Shown here piece by piece: positions 39,335 to 49,539 of a stretch of DNA of 64,000 nt. The notes beneath the pieces are model-generated. The model did no database searches. It was not told the origin of the DNA and saw only the letters and a program-made list of their open reading frames with translations. This DNA is from Candidatus Dojkabacteria bacterium. GTDB lineage: Bacteria; Patescibacteriota; Dojkabacteria; B142; OLB20. Made by a program: the position numbers and the translations under genes. Location: assembly GCA_046753765.1 (NCBI GenBank), contig JBHHUN010000003.1, positions 21,001-85,000 on the forward strand. The letters are read 5' to 3'. Each line of letters starts with the position of its first letter. Positions within the stretch are counted from its first letter, which is position 1.

Positions 39335-39778
39335 TTAAATTATTTCGAGGAGTTCAATCTCGAAAATGAGTGTCGCCCCGGGTGGTATTATTTCTCCTGA
39401 ACCGGCATCTCCATAACCAAGTTCTGGTGGGACCGTAAGCTTTCGTGTTCCTCCAACTTTCATCCCCTGAACGCCTTGCTCCCAGCCGGCAATTACTCCT
39501 CCACCCCCTAGTATAAACTCAAAGGGCTCTCTGCCTTCATCCTTTGAACTGTCAAACTGTGTGCCATCCTCGAGTGTCCCGGTGTAGTCAACGCGTAGTG
39601 TGTCCCCTGCTTTTGCTTCTGCACCTTCACCTGCGACAATGTCCTCGATTTGAAGGTCTTCGGATACCTCTAATGGTGGTGGGGTTGGTGTTATTACGTT
39701 TCCAAACTCATCAAGCGACTCTATGCAGCCACTGAGTACTAAGCTCAAAACAATCATTAGCGTGATTTTTTTTAGCAT
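39335..39778 (-). CDS. FKBP-type peptidyl-prolyl isomerase (lipoprotein)
   Basis: LSGC lipobox; YTGTL..FDSS, VIAGW, GMKVGG.R, PPELGYG, IPPGATLIFEIEL. Start moved to ATG 39778. Confidence 0.93.
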   Translation of the reverse strand: MLKKITLMIVLSLVLSGCIESLDEFGNVITPTPPPLEVSEDLQIEDIVAGEGAEAKAGDTLRVDYTGTLEDGTQFDSSKDEGREPFEFILGGGGVIAGWEQGVQGMKVGGTRKLTVPPELGYGDAGSGEIIPPGATLIFEIELLEII

Positions 39779-39797
39779 TGCGAAATCGATAAAATAA

Positions 39798-39971
39798 TTA
39801 TGGCCAGAAAAGATATGGATTACCAAGGCCCCCTACAGAGTTGTTCACCCAAAGAAACACTCCATTCCACAAGCAGCAAAACAGTGTGGACGTCACCACA
39901 AGTACAATAACAGCTGCGATGAGCAGTTTCTTAGTATCTATCTCTGGCAGCTCGGCCTTTTCTCCTTCCAT
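39798..39971 (-). CDS. Small membrane protein (57 aa), missed by the ORF track
   Basis: MEGEKAELPEIDTKKLLIAAVIVLVVTSTLFCCLWNGVFLWVNNSVGGLGNPYLFWP. It fills the gap co-directionally and has TGATATATT 9 nt upstream. Confidence 0.6.
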   Translation of the reverse strand: MEGEKAELPEIDTKKLLIAAVIVLVVTSTLFCCLWNGVFLWVNNSVGGLGNPYLFWP

Positions 39972-40004
39972 ATTCGTACTAATATATCATGCAATGGATC
40001 AAAA

Positions 40005-40295
40005 TCAATCCCTGATCCAGACTTCGTAGGCTCCCTGCCCACCATTCTCGACTGATCCCACTTTGAAATCCTCAACAAGGGGATGCTTACTTAGGTATTT
40101 TGCTACCAGTGGCTTTAAAATGGGGCCGCTTGGCGAATGAAGTCCTTTGCCTGTGATTACGAGAACAGTATCTCTGTCATCTGCGTGCTGCTCTGTGAGG
40201 AAGTTGCCGAGAATGATCTCTATATCTGCATTGGTAAGCCTTCCCTTATCATGGAGATCTAGTGTGGCTTCTGCGACAAACGGTTTTATATGCAT
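40005..40295 (-). CDS. Stand-alone Smr/MutS2 domain protein
   Basis: LDLH, VITGKGLHS, GGQGA. Confidence 0.88.
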   Translation of the reverse strand: MHIKPFVAEATLDLHDKGRLTNADIEIILGNFLTEQHADDRDTVLVITGKGLHSPSGPILKPLVAKYLSKHPLVEDFKVGSVENGGQGAYEVWIRD

Positions 40296-40306
40296 TGATT
40301 GTACAT

Positions 40307-41044
40307 TTATCTTTGGTTATCTATTAGTCTAGACTCTATCTCACCAAGTGCCCCTCTAACCTTCTCTCTCATCTCTTTTGAGTAAGGATTATAAAGCTGC
40401 ATATCTCTAAACAGCTCCCAGCTGTCGTGTGTTACATAGTTCATTGCTTCATAGATAATCTTGAATCCCTTTGTATCGATTGGGGTTGGCTTTATACCTG
40501 CAATTTGGCCTACGCGTCCGATAAGGTGATTGTAATTGATTGTGTAAGCCGAATAGCGGTCGTGCTCTTCGGGGGTTATCTCGAGTACATTGACTCCAAG
40601 TTTAGTCCAGAAGTCTTTTACGAAGTCATAAATTTTACGGTCGGCTGAGATGTTGGACAACATCATATTTAGACCTTCAAATTCTTCTCCATTGTTGGTG
40701 CTGTCCGGGCCGAAAACCGGGTGGCTGGCAATAATCTTTGTGCCAGCTTTAAGGTGTTTCTTCATCCATTCTACTGGTTTGACTTTCACTGATGAGACGT
40801 CCATCACCGTTGAGTTTTCCGGAAGTACAGGTGAGATTTTTTTTATTACTGACTCTAAGGCACCTATAGGGACTGCTGGAATGACGAGGTCTGATTTTAC
40901 CGTCTCATTGAAGGAGAAAAACTTCTTGCTGTTAGGTTTTGAATTGATGTCGTAGATCAGGATTTCAACTCCTTCGATATGCTCAAAGAAAATCTTCTCA
41001 AGAAGGGATCCGAATCTGCCGTAGCCGATGATGCCGATTTTCAT
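40307..41044 (-). CDS. tyrA: Prephenate/arogenate dehydrogenase
   Basis: IGIIGYGRFG, DVSSVK, HPVFGP, TPEEHD. Confidence 0.85.
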   Translation of the reverse strand: MKIGIIGYGRFGSLLEKIFFEHIEGVEILIYDINSKPNSKKFFSFNETVKSDLVIPAVPIGALESVIKKISPVLPENSTVMDVSSVKVKPVEWMKKHLKAGTKIIASHPVFGPDSTNNGEEFEGLNMMLSNISADRKIYDFVKDFWTKLGVNVLEITPEEHDRYSAYTINYNHLIGRVGQIAGIKPTPIDTKGFKIIYEAMNYVTHDSWELFRDMQLYNPYSKEMREKVRGALGEIESRLIDNQR

Positions 41045-41105
41045 GACTTACTCATTAAACAGAGGTAGTTTATCAGTTTTAGTATTGTTATGAACAGAGT
41101 ATATT

Positions 41106-41758
41106 CTAAGCGATTGAGATGTTACTCAATGCCAAAACATAAGAGAGTCGCCTTTTACCTTTGTCTATCCAACCTTCGCCAAACTGAAAGCTTGAAGCAT
41201 TGATATTCGTGAGGCTGTCAAGTGGTCGCCCGGTAGCTCGGTTACTTGTTGTCCCTATGGTTGTTCTGATGATCTCGGCATCTGTAGCCGCTCTCATAGC
41301 GAACATCGCAGAATTTCCCGGGTCTCTTCCTTGCAGGAGCACTTGCATTGAATTAGCGATTGAGAAAAGTTCAGCCGGTTCCATCTCAGGGTCAAGGAAG
41401 TAAACGCCTGTCGGGCAGTTAGGCATTGAAGCGGCAACACGTGTGAGTTGTTTTGTATCATAACCCTCTCTAAGAAGGTGATTTGTGCCTTTGTGACTCT
41501 TCTGCTTATAACTCTTATTGTAGAACCATCTGGTACTAAACTACTTACTGCAGATATTGCTGCGGGTTCAGATGAGACCACAACCAAAGATGTGTGCAGG
41601 GAAGGATGATTATTTGCTAAGTCTTCGCGGCCGAGAAGTGATTTAACCACCTGATATCTTCGATTGAAGGGGAACTGGCCTCTTTCTTGCTGGTAGGCTG
41701 ATAATCCTTTCAAGTATGCAAAAGAATCCTCGGTTGTTCTGTAGTCAATAAGTTCCAT
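41106..41758 (-). pseudogene. Hypothetical gene split by an apparent single frameshift
   Basis: Two overlapping same-strand frames (41294-41758 and 41106-~41538 open) that together give one ~215-aa protein filling the gap. Confidence 0.5.
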
Positions 41759-41908
41759 CCGTATCAGAAATTGACTTTATATATCGCAAATATCTCTCAG
41801 ATATTACACTTTAAATGTCAAAAGCGCCAGTGTATTCTTGTTTGTAAGATGATTCGAGAAAGATTGTTATTACGTCTATGAGCAACCAGAGTCGGGAATT
41901 CGAGGGCT

Positions 41909-42373
41909 TCATTTCAGCATGTTAATCTCATCAATTAGAGTTCTATTGACTGTGAAATGATGAGTGTTTAATCCTGCCAGCCGTGCGATTCTAATATTCC
42001 TTGCTTTGTCGTCGATAAACATGATTTCATCGGGACTAATCTTAATTCGGTCCAAAACAAGTCGGTAGATCTCGATGTTTCTTTTGTTCATCCCCATTAC
42101 TTTAGTTATATAGACGTCCCTGAAAAGTTTGTCGATCCTGGATTTTAGTATTGGGAGCTCGAGAAGGTCGGTGCTACCTGTAAACAGATACATATTGAAG
42201 CTATCTTTAATGCTCTCAAGGTACTCAAAAAGCTCCTCATTAACGTAAAAGTGCTGGTTGAATTTTTCCTGGTTTCTGAGTGCCTGTTTGTAAAGTTTGT
42301 TGACACTTCTAATAGTTTCATCTTTTGGTAAGACCAAAACCCGTGCAAAATCAACTAGAAGAGTTGTAATCAT
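41909..42373 (-). CDS. HAD-superfamily hydrolase (short, paralog 2)
   Basis: LLVDFARV motif I variant; FIDDKARNI..A..AG motif IV. Confidence 0.85.
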   Translation of the reverse strand: MITTLLVDFARVLVLPKDETIRSVNKLYKQALRNQEKFNQHFYVNEELFEYLESIKDSFNMYLFTGSTDLLELPILKSRIDKLFRDVYITKVMGMNKRNIEIYRLVLDRIKISPDEIMFIDDKARNIRIARLAGLNTHHFTVNRTLIDEINMLK

Positions 42374-42855
42374 TACTGAAGACTTTGATCTAAATAGCTG
42401 AAAAGCTTTTTGTTACTTGCAAACTGATGGACATGCAGCCCCGCCATCATCGCTGCGTCAATGTTTTGATGCTTATCGTCGATAAACAAAACCTCACTGG
42501 GTCGTTTCCGGATCTTCCTTAGGACCTCCTCGTAAGCAGTGTGAGATTTCTTGCTTGTCCCCAGTTGCTTCACTGTGAAAATCTTATCAAAGGTAGCCTC
42601 AATATCTTTCTTTATCTCTTTTGCAAATACGATATCACGGCTGGCGGAGTACAGGTAGATCTTGTGACTGCTCTTAAGAGCCTGAAGTTTCTTGATTAAT
42701 GCCTTGTTTAGGCGAAAGTGCTTACCGAAATCCTTTCCTTCCTTCCTAATTTTGTCGAAAAGATCGCTCATGCTGGGAATGTCGGAGTGCTTGGGGATGA
42801 GAACGACTCTAGCGAAATCAACGAGTAGAGTATTTATCTTGCCGTCCTTATCCAT
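42373..42855 (-). CDS. HAD-superfamily hydrolase (short, paralog 1)
   Basis: LLVDFARV; FIDDKHQNIDAA..AG. Confidence 0.85.
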   Translation of the reverse strand: MDKDGKINTLLVDFARVVLIPKHSDIPSMSDLFDKIRKEGKDFGKHFRLNKALIKKLQALKSSHKIYLYSASRDIVFAKEIKKDIEATFDKIFTVKQLGTSKKSHTAYEEVLRKIRKRPSEVLFIDDKHQNIDAAMMAGLHVHQFASNKKLFSYLDQSLQ

Positions 42856-42960
42856 AACAGATTATACATGATTCTCTTTTGTAAGTCTTCTCGCAGAGGT
42901 GTTTTTGAGTTGCATAATGGGTCTATGTTATGCTTGGATGATACTTCTTAGAAATTACGC

Positions 42961-44085
42961 ATGAACCCAACAACTCAGGACTTCAAACTTGCCGGGATCT
43001 TTCTAGATCACTCACTCAAGATCAAAGCTAAGGAAAAAGTGTTAATCTCTGTCTCAGAGCACATCTCGAATCCACTGATAAAGGCTGTGTACATTGAAAC
43101 GTTGAAGCGTGGTGCCTATCCGGTGATAGACAGTGGAATTTCAAACCTATATGTAAACAGGGCGAGCTTTGATGGGTTGAATTACCAGTTGTACAAGCTC
43201 GCGAACGATTGGCAGCTAAACTATATACCTGAGGATATTTTAAAGGCTTATGTAGACTGGGCTGATGCGTTTGTGCGGATAACCTCGATTTTTAACAAAA
43301 CAGAGTTGAGTCAGATTGCAACTGACAAAGTAGGTAAAAGAAAGAAGCTGGTTTCTCCGATCTTTGAGAGTATGATTAACTCTGATAGATGGGTTCTGAC
43401 GTATTATCCTACATATGCTATGGCCCAGGCTGCAGGTGTATCCCTTGAATGGTTAACAGACTTTTACTACAAGGCTTGCATAGTCGATTATGCCAAGATG
43501 GAGGCTGAGCTCCAAGGGCTTGAAAAAGTGTTAGACACAGGAAAAGAGGTTAAGGTGATGGGTGAAGATACCGATCTTAAGCTGTCTATTGCAGGTAATC
43601 TTGCAAAGGCTGCGTATGGCGAAGCGAATATTCCAGATGGCGAAGTGTTCTTAGCACCTATCCCTGAGAGCGTTGAAGGAAAAGTATATTTTGATATGCC
43701 GACGCTTTACCACGGTAGTGAAATGCATGGTATCAGGCTGGTATTTAAAAAAGGAAAGGTTGTTAAGGCAACTGCCGAGGTTGGTCAGGCTGCTCTGGAG
43801 GAGATTCTGAATACTGACAAAGGATCAAGATATCTTGGTGAGTTTGCTATCGGAGCAAACTACAACATTAAGGATGCGATGAAAGAGACCTTGTTTGACG
43901 AGAAGATCGGTGGAACGATCCATATGGCGCTTGGCAGAGCATACAAAGAGAAACGCGGCGGTGCGCCTGAGGGCGGAAACAAATCGGTGATTCACTGGGA
44001 TATTGTAAAAGATATGCGCAAGAAGGGTTCGGTAGTGTTAGTGGACGGGAAAGAGGTGCTTAAAGATGGGAGAATCTTGTTCTAA
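42961..44085 (+). CDS. Aminopeptidase, family M29 (AmpT/PepS)
   Basis: NIPDGEVF, GEFAIG.N, LFDEKIGGTIHMALG, SVIHWD. Confidence 0.95.
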   Translation: MNPTTQDFKLAGIFLDHSLKIKAKEKVLISVSEHISNPLIKAVYIETLKRGAYPVIDSGISNLYVNRASFDGLNYQLYKLANDWQLNYIPEDILKAYVDWADAFVRITSIFNKTELSQIATDKVGKRKKLVSPIFESMINSDRWVLTYYPTYAMAQAAGVSLEWLTDFYYKACIVDYAKMEAELQGLEKVLDTGKEVKVMGEDTDLKLSIAGNLAKAAYGEANIPDGEVFLAPIPESVEGKVYFDMPTLYHGSEMHGIRLVFKKGKVVKATAEVGQAALEEILNTDKGSRYLGEFAIGANYNIKDAMKETLFDEKIGGTIHMALGRAYKEKRGGAPEGGNKSVIHWDIVKDMRKKGSVVLVDGKEVLKDGRILF

Positions 44086-44124
44086 TCAACTTCTGTGCTG
44101 CATGGGTTCAAGGGATTTCTGATC

Positions 44125-44151
44125 ATGAGGGGTGCCTACGGCACCCCTCAT
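44125..44151. terminator. Perfect GC-rich hairpin between convergent genes (probable terminator)
   Basis: ATGAGGGGTGCC-TAC-GGCACCCCTCAT, a 12-bp perfect stem. The U-tract is weak. Confidence 0.65.
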
Positions 44152-44176
44152 CAAATTCAAATCTAAACCTGCAATC

Positions 44177-45292
44177 CTATTTATTCTTCTTTCTTTTCTT
44201 TGTTTTTCCGGTTGTTCTAACCCCCATCAGTGCCCTCTTCTTGTTTACAACCATCGCTCCAAGAGTCCATGAGACAAGTAGTAGGTTGATAAAGAAGATT
44301 ATGATTCCACCGAGAAGTGGTATTAAGCCGAGAAGGAGTATCACTCCTTCAACAACTACGAACCCAACTACCAGTGGCAATGCCCTGCCGGTGTTTGGTC
44401 GTCCAAATTTCACCAACAAGTGTCGACCGACGAAGTAGTTTGCATACACTCCAGTAAGGTACCATGCAAGTAGACCGATGATGCCCAGCACGATTGCCGT
44501 GTGCAGACCGAAGATCGTAAGTAACAGTACCAATAAGAGTACCGGGGCAACAATCAAAGTTACAAATCCAAGTAGAACCGATTTCCAACCGTCATTTTTC
44601 ATGGCGGTCAGTGTGTTTTCGCTGAATACCGGGAATAATCGCAGTACAACGTAGGCGGCAATAATGCTACCTATTAACATAATCAGTTTCAGGATGAGCG
44701 ATACGACGAAAGATGCTCCTAAGAAAGCTCCAACAAGTGCTCCAAGATCTTCATCAGAGAATTCAAAGCTAGAAAAGCCACCACTAAAGTGACTTGCATT
44801 GGTTAAATCCACTGGATTATCTGTCGTTCCTCTTACACCGTGCCCAGCTGAGAGAATCTCCTGACCACCGACAAATGATTCACTGGAAATCGAATATCTA
44901 CCAGCAAATATGACAAGGTCACCTGAAACGGTTCCGTTGATATATACCTCTCCTGCTGCAATCCGAAGGTCGCCAAGAACGTCACCGTTGATAACAACGT
45001 ACCCGGCAGCGATCATTGCGTCTCCGTTGACAACGCCGTCGACCTGAACGGCACCTGCAGCAGCAAGTAGGTTATCACCAACTTCTCCACTGATGACGAG
45101 CTGGTCGCCTGCAATTAAAAGGTCTCCGGCTACATCATCGGAATATGCAGTAGTACCCTCTTCAAGGGTCACGTACCGGTTAGGCGAATCAGTCCCGAGT
45201 GTTGCAAACTGAGCAGACACCGGTAAGACGAAAGCCAAAGGGAGCGCAATGGCTGTGAGCAGTACGCCAAGACGGGTTAGCTTGCGCTTCAT
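44177..45292 (-). CDS. Bactofilin-like beta-helix repeat protein with C-terminal multi-TM domain
   Basis: Signal peptide, ~17-aa GD(L/A)xxAAGxVxIxGxV repeats, then several TM helices. Confidence 0.8.
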   Translation of the reverse strand: MKRKLTRLGVLLTAIALPLAFVLPVSAQFATLGTDSPNRYVTLEEGTTAYSDDVAGDLLIAGDQLVISGEVGDNLLAAAGAVQVDGVVNGDAMIAAGYVVINGDVLGDLRIAAGEVYINGTVSGDLVIFAGRYSISSESFVGGQEILSAGHGVRGTTDNPVDLTNASHFSGGFSSFEFSDEDLGALVGAFLGASFVVSLILKLIMLIGSIIAAYVVLRLFPVFSENTLTAMKNDGWKSVLLGFVTLIVAPVLLLVLLLTIFGLHTAIVLGIIGLLAWYLTGVYANYFVGRHLLVKFGRPNTGRALPLVVGFVVVEGVILLLGLIPLLGGIIIFFINLLLVSWTLGAMVVNKKRALMGVRTTGKTKKRKKNK

Positions 45293-45427
45293 AATTTGGA
45301 ATAATAATAAATAAGTTAGTACCTCTTATCTTAGTAAACTTATAAATCGCTGTAAAGCAAGCTGGAAGACGATTTTGTTGACTGAAGCAGGATGATTTGA
45401 TAGTGTTGGCTCAATAGTGAGACTAAA

Positions 45428-45925
45428 ATGAAGCAGATTGCACTGATGATAGTTATTCTCCCATTTGTGGCTGCATGCTCTACGACAGCGATTCACGAGA
45501 ACAGAACTGTTAACTTCAACTATAAGAGTGTCAGGGTTGTGTATTTCGCAATGGATGCCGTCTTGAAGGTTGATTCGGTGACCTGGGATTTTTTTCCATC
45601 ACAGGGTGTGCTTGAGCATGAAACAGACGAAGAGATGCAGTTTGTGAAGGTTAGCTTGACGTTTGATAATAATAGTCCCGACAGTTTTCCCCTTAACTAC
45701 TCCTCCTTTAAACTTGCAGTTGCAGATAAACACTACCAACAGACTGCTTATATTAATTCGGGGCAGGTAGACGACATACTTAAGTCTCAAGAGATTATGC
45801 CTCGAAACAATGTGTCTGGGGCGGTATATTTTGAAGTTCCAGCAGAGGTCGAACAATCAGAGGTTAAACTTATCTACACAGGGTTTGATAATGGAGAGAA
45901 AGAGTATGAGCTTGGTCTCGAATGA
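45428..45925 (+). CDS. DUF4352-like lipoprotein
   Basis: Lipobox VAAC; FVKVSLTFDN..SFKL, SGAVYFEVP. Confidence 0.75.
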   Translation: MKQIALMIVILPFVAACSTTAIHENRTVNFNYKSVRVVYFAMDAVLKVDSVTWDFFPSQGVLEHETDEEMQFVKVSLTFDNNSPDSFPLNYSSFKLAVADKHYQQTAYINSGQVDDILKSQEIMPRNNVSGAVYFEVPAEVEQSEVKLIYTGFDNGEKEYELGLE

Positions 45926-47143
45926 TTATTCGTACCGCAGTGCGTCAATTGGATTGAGGTTTGCTGCCGTATAGGCAGGATAGAATCCAAAAATAACACC
46001 AATTGTCGCCGAGACAGATGTCGCAAGGATTACTGCTTCGGGTGAGAGTATGACCGGCAGGTCTCCAATGGTTCCAATGATATTCCCCAACAAAACCCCG
46101 AAGATGATACCCAATACACCTCCAATTAGCGTAAGTGTGACCGACTCAGCGAGAAACTGCGATAAAATTGCACTTTGTTTCGCCCCAACAGCTTTTCGCA
46201 ACCCAATTTCTTTGGTTCTTTCTGAAACGGAGACAAGCATAATATTCATTATTCCAATGCCGCCAACCACTAATGAGATACCTGCAATTGCTGTTAGAAG
46301 TGTGGTGAATATTGAAGTTACAGTGCCTGCTAAGGAGGCTACATCCTCTGATGTGACAATGCTGAATGGAGCATCTTCGCCGTCCTTTACATGGTAAAAC
46401 TCGTTGAATGCTGTCTCGATTTTGATTGCGACTGAATCAACAAGTGTCTCCTTTTCTACCTGTACAATGATCGCAGAGGGGTCATCTGAGCCAAATAAGT
46501 TGCCCGCGGCGGTATTGAAGGGGATATAAATCTGGGTGTTAAACTGATTGCTTTTTGGCTCTAGAACGCCGATAACTTTGTAATTAGTACCGTCAATCCT
46601 TATGCTCTCATCCACAGCTTCACTTTCGCCGAATAGAGTGGCGTAGACATCGGATCCAAGTACGGCGTACTTCCTGAGTTTTGCATCATCTCTGTCTGTA
46701 AAAACAACGCCGTTGTCTGTCACTAAACCCCGTATACTGAAATAGTCTGCGTTAACACCGGAAACACTGCTAAAAGATTGTCTTGCGCCCCTTGTAACGC
46801 TAAATGATGTTGAGACCTCAAACCCAATGCTTTGAACCTCTTTAAACTTCACATCGTTTTCAAGGAGATTGAGCAGACGGCTATCTAAGCGCTTGGTCGC
46901 GAAGTTAGCAAAGTCCGCACGCGTGTTGAAACTGGAAAAGTCAGATATGGGAATTACATTTACGGTATTAGCCCCCAGTCCCGCGACCTGATCTAATATG
47001 AGTTGCTGCGCGCCTTGTCCCACGGATAGGAGTGCAATCACTGCCGCAATTCCGATAATTATCCCGAGGATAGTCAGAAACGACCTGATCTTGTTTGCAA
47101 CTATCGAACTAAAAGAAACTTTTATTACTTCAAATATACTCAT
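45926..47143 (-). CDS. MacB/FtsX-like ABC permease
   Basis: RSFLTILGIIIG, GGIGIMNIMLVSVSERTKEIGLRKAVGA, LNPIDALRYE. Confidence 0.95.
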   Translation of the reverse strand: MSIFEVIKVSFSSIVANKIRSFLTILGIIIGIAAVIALLSVGQGAQQLILDQVAGLGANTVNVIPISDFSSFNTRADFANFATKRLDSRLLNLLENDVKFKEVQSIGFEVSTSFSVTRGARQSFSSVSGVNADYFSIRGLVTDNGVVFTDRDDAKLRKYAVLGSDVYATLFGESEAVDESIRIDGTNYKVIGVLEPKSNQFNTQIYIPFNTAAGNLFGSDDPSAIIVQVEKETLVDSVAIKIETAFNEFYHVKDGEDAPFSIVTSEDVASLAGTVTSIFTTLLTAIAGISLVVGGIGIMNIMLVSVSERTKEIGLRKAVGAKQSAILSQFLAESVTLTLIGGVLGIIFGVLLGNIIGTIGDLPVILSPEAVILATSVSATIGVIFGFYPAYTAANLNPIDALRYE

Positions 47144-47859
47144 CAGTTTGATCGTGTATGGACTATTTGGCCGTCTCTAAGATAAATTATCTTTTCTGCA
47201 TAATCCGCGATGTTTTTTTCGTGCGTGATCAGGATAATTGTATTGCCATCCTTGTGAATCTCACTTAAGATTCTCATGATGTCTTCTGCCATCGCAGAGT
47301 CGAGATTACCAGTTGGTTCATCTGCCATTATGATGGCTGGACTCATGATTAATGCTCTGGCGATAGCAACTCTCTGAGTCTCTCCGCCTGACAATTGGTT
47401 TGGTATGTTATGTTCTTTCTTTTTGAGGCCGACTTTGTTTAACACGCTCCGCATCTTACTCTTTCGTTCGGCTACATCACCATAGAGAGTCGGAAGGATT
47501 ATATTTTCAGCGACAGATATCTTTGGCAGGAGATTAAACTGCTGGAAGACGAAGCCGACATCATTGTTACGAAATTCAGCCAGTTGATTTGAACTAAAAG
47601 CGCTTATATCTCTTCCACGGACGAGGTACTCTCCTGAGGTCGGTACGTCCAGTGCACCAAGAATGTTCATCATAGTGCTTTTCCCCGAACCGGAAGGTCC
47701 CATGATGCCTACGAACTCACCTTTGTCTATCTTGAGGTTAATTCCTTTAAGTGCCTCGAAGGCGTTTTCCTTACCAGGATTATACGTTTTGTAAACGTCC
47801 TTAAGCTCGATCAGGTGTCGGTTCTCTTTTTTTTCTGTAGTAGATTTTCGATCAGACAT
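47143..47859 (-). CDS. MacB/LolD-like ABC ATP-binding protein
   Basis: GPSGSGKST, GFVFQQFNL, LSGGETQR, ADEPTGNLD. Confidence 0.95.
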   Translation of the reverse strand: MSDRKSTTEKKENRHLIELKDVYKTYNPGKENAFEALKGINLKIDKGEFVGIMGPSGSGKSTMMNILGALDVPTSGEYLVRGRDISAFSSNQLAEFRNNDVGFVFQQFNLLPKISVAENIILPTLYGDVAERKSKMRSVLNKVGLKKKEHNIPNQLSGGETQRVAIARALIMSPAIIMADEPTGNLDSAMAEDIMRILSEIHKDGNTIILITHEKNIADYAEKIIYLRDGQIVHTRSN

Positions 47860-47863
47860 TGAA

Positions 47864-48775
47864 TCAATTAAATATGAAAAAGCTTCGGGTTGCAGTAAAG
47901 GATGGCTCTACGATCTCATCGCCCTCGCTCAGCCCCGACTCAATCTCTATAAACCTATCAGTTTCTAGACCTGTTGTAACCTCTACTTCAGTGATAGTAA
48001 ATTCCGTCCTCTCCTCGTTATCGTATGTTAGGACTTTGACGAAATTCTTGTCATCCCTTTCTATTACCGAGCTCTCAGGTACAGCAATAACATCCTGAAC
48101 TTTTGCAGTAAGAATTTCGATGTCCACACTCATACCTAATCGCACTTTTTTGGGGACGGTGTCTGGCTTCACACGAACGATATAATTCACAGCACTTGTG
48201 CTTGGCTCCGCGTCTGGAGCAACATATATAACTTTTCCGTCATATTCATCTTTAAATGAGAGTGCTGGAAAGACAAGAGTGGTAGTCTGTTTTCTTTTCA
48301 CATCCACAATATCATTTTCGTTTACACTGACTTCGACAACGTATCTGCTGTCGTCAACAATTCTAACCCCAAACGTTCCCAATGGAGAAAAGGTGTCTTC
48401 ATCAACATTTACTTCTGTAACCAATCCTGCAATTGGGGCCTTTATCTTTTCTTCACTTGTTGAGAATGCTCCGTTTACCTCTACCTCAGCTAGAACCTGA
48501 TCTACCTTAACTCTATCCCCAACCTCAACGTTTACACTAACTACTCTTGACTGTGAAGGGAAAACGACCTCGCTCTCTTCGATTCCCCTGAGTTTCCCGT
48601 CGACAGAAACAACACGCTCAACATCCCGGATGCTGACCTTTTCTATAGCCTCAGATGGAAGTGTCGAGCCCTGATCCCGCATATTAAACATTAGGAATAC
48701 TAGAACAACAATGACTACAATCAACAGTCCAATGATCAATCGAAACTGCTTAATTCTCTCTTTCAATCTACTCAT
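47864..48775 (-). CDS. Membrane-fusion (MacA-like) adaptor with very short helical hairpin
   Basis: N-terminal TM; VEVGDRVK..IKAPIAGLV lipoyl halves; VPESSV, GLSEGD. Confidence 0.88.
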   Translation of the reverse strand: MSRLKERIKQFRLIIGLLIVVIVVLVFLMFNMRDQGSTLPSEAIEKVSIRDVERVVSVDGKLRGIEESEVVFPSQSRVVSVNVEVGDRVKVDQVLAEVEVNGAFSTSEEKIKAPIAGLVTEVNVDEDTFSPLGTFGVRIVDDSRYVVEVSVNENDIVDVKRKQTTTLVFPALSFKDEYDGKVIYVAPDAEPSTSAVNYIVRVKPDTVPKKVRLGMSVDIEILTAKVQDVIAVPESSVIERDDKNFVKVLTYDNEERTEFTITEVEVTTGLETDRFIEIESGLSEGDEIVEPSFTATRSFFIFN

Positions 48776-48814
48776 GGTTTTAACAGATAATATATATTAA
48801 ATAGTTAATGAGAT

Positions 48815-49537
48815 CTAAGATCTAAAAAAGGTTCCTACAATAAAGGCTATTAAGGCTGCAACTCCACCAATCACAACAATCTCACCTACTGACCTAAATA
48901 AAGACTCCTTTGTTATTCTCCATCTAAATATTCCCAGTAAGATCAGGGCTGTGAATGTCGCTGCAACGGAGTGGATGAAAGCTGGTGCCGACTGTTGTAT
49001 AAAAAGATAAGATATCAGAGGGATGAACCCAAAAGATACAAAGGAGACAAATGTGAATATGCCGGTGATAAGTGGATTGCTTGCCTCGGGGTTAGGTACA
49101 TTGTGCTTATAGCGGAGCAGAAATTCGCTCCAGAAATCTTCGTTCTTGCTGAAGATGTCACTTAATGCTTCGGAGTCACTAATACTGAATCCCTGTTCCG
49201 TCAAAATCTCAGTTGTCGCCTTTTGGTTCTCTTCCTGCCCAGATTTAATGACTTCAATTGCATGGGACTTCAGGTTCTTGTATACATCTTGCTCCGACCT
49301 GATTGAAAGAAAGTTTCCGAGACCCATTGATGCTGCATCTGCAAACAGGTTCGCTAGTCCGAAAAGTAAAACAACAAAAATCGAAATAGCTATAGTCTGC
49401 TCACTGCCACTATTGGCACCGGTAAAACCTGCTACGACAGCAAAAGTGGTTACGATACCATCATTCCCACCATATACGATCTCCCGCAGATGGGTGGAGA
49501 CGAATGGAATCTTGAATGGTTTTATTAAGCTCTTCAT
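48815..49537 (-). CDS. VIT1/CCC1 family Fe/Mn transporter
   Basis: [29 protein letters not shown]. Confidence 0.92.
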   Translation of the reverse strand: MKSLIKPFKIPFVSTHLREIVYGGNDGIVTTFAVVAGFTGANSGSEQTIAISIFVVLLFGLANLFADAASMGLGNFLSIRSEQDVYKNLKSHAIEVIKSGQEENQKATTEILTEQGFSISDSEALSDIFSKNEDFWSEFLLRYKHNVPNPEASNPLITGIFTFVSFVSFGFIPLISYLFIQQSAPAFIHSVAATFTALILLGIFRWRITKESLFRSVGEIVVIGGVAALIAFIVGTFFRS

Positions 49538-49539
49538 TA

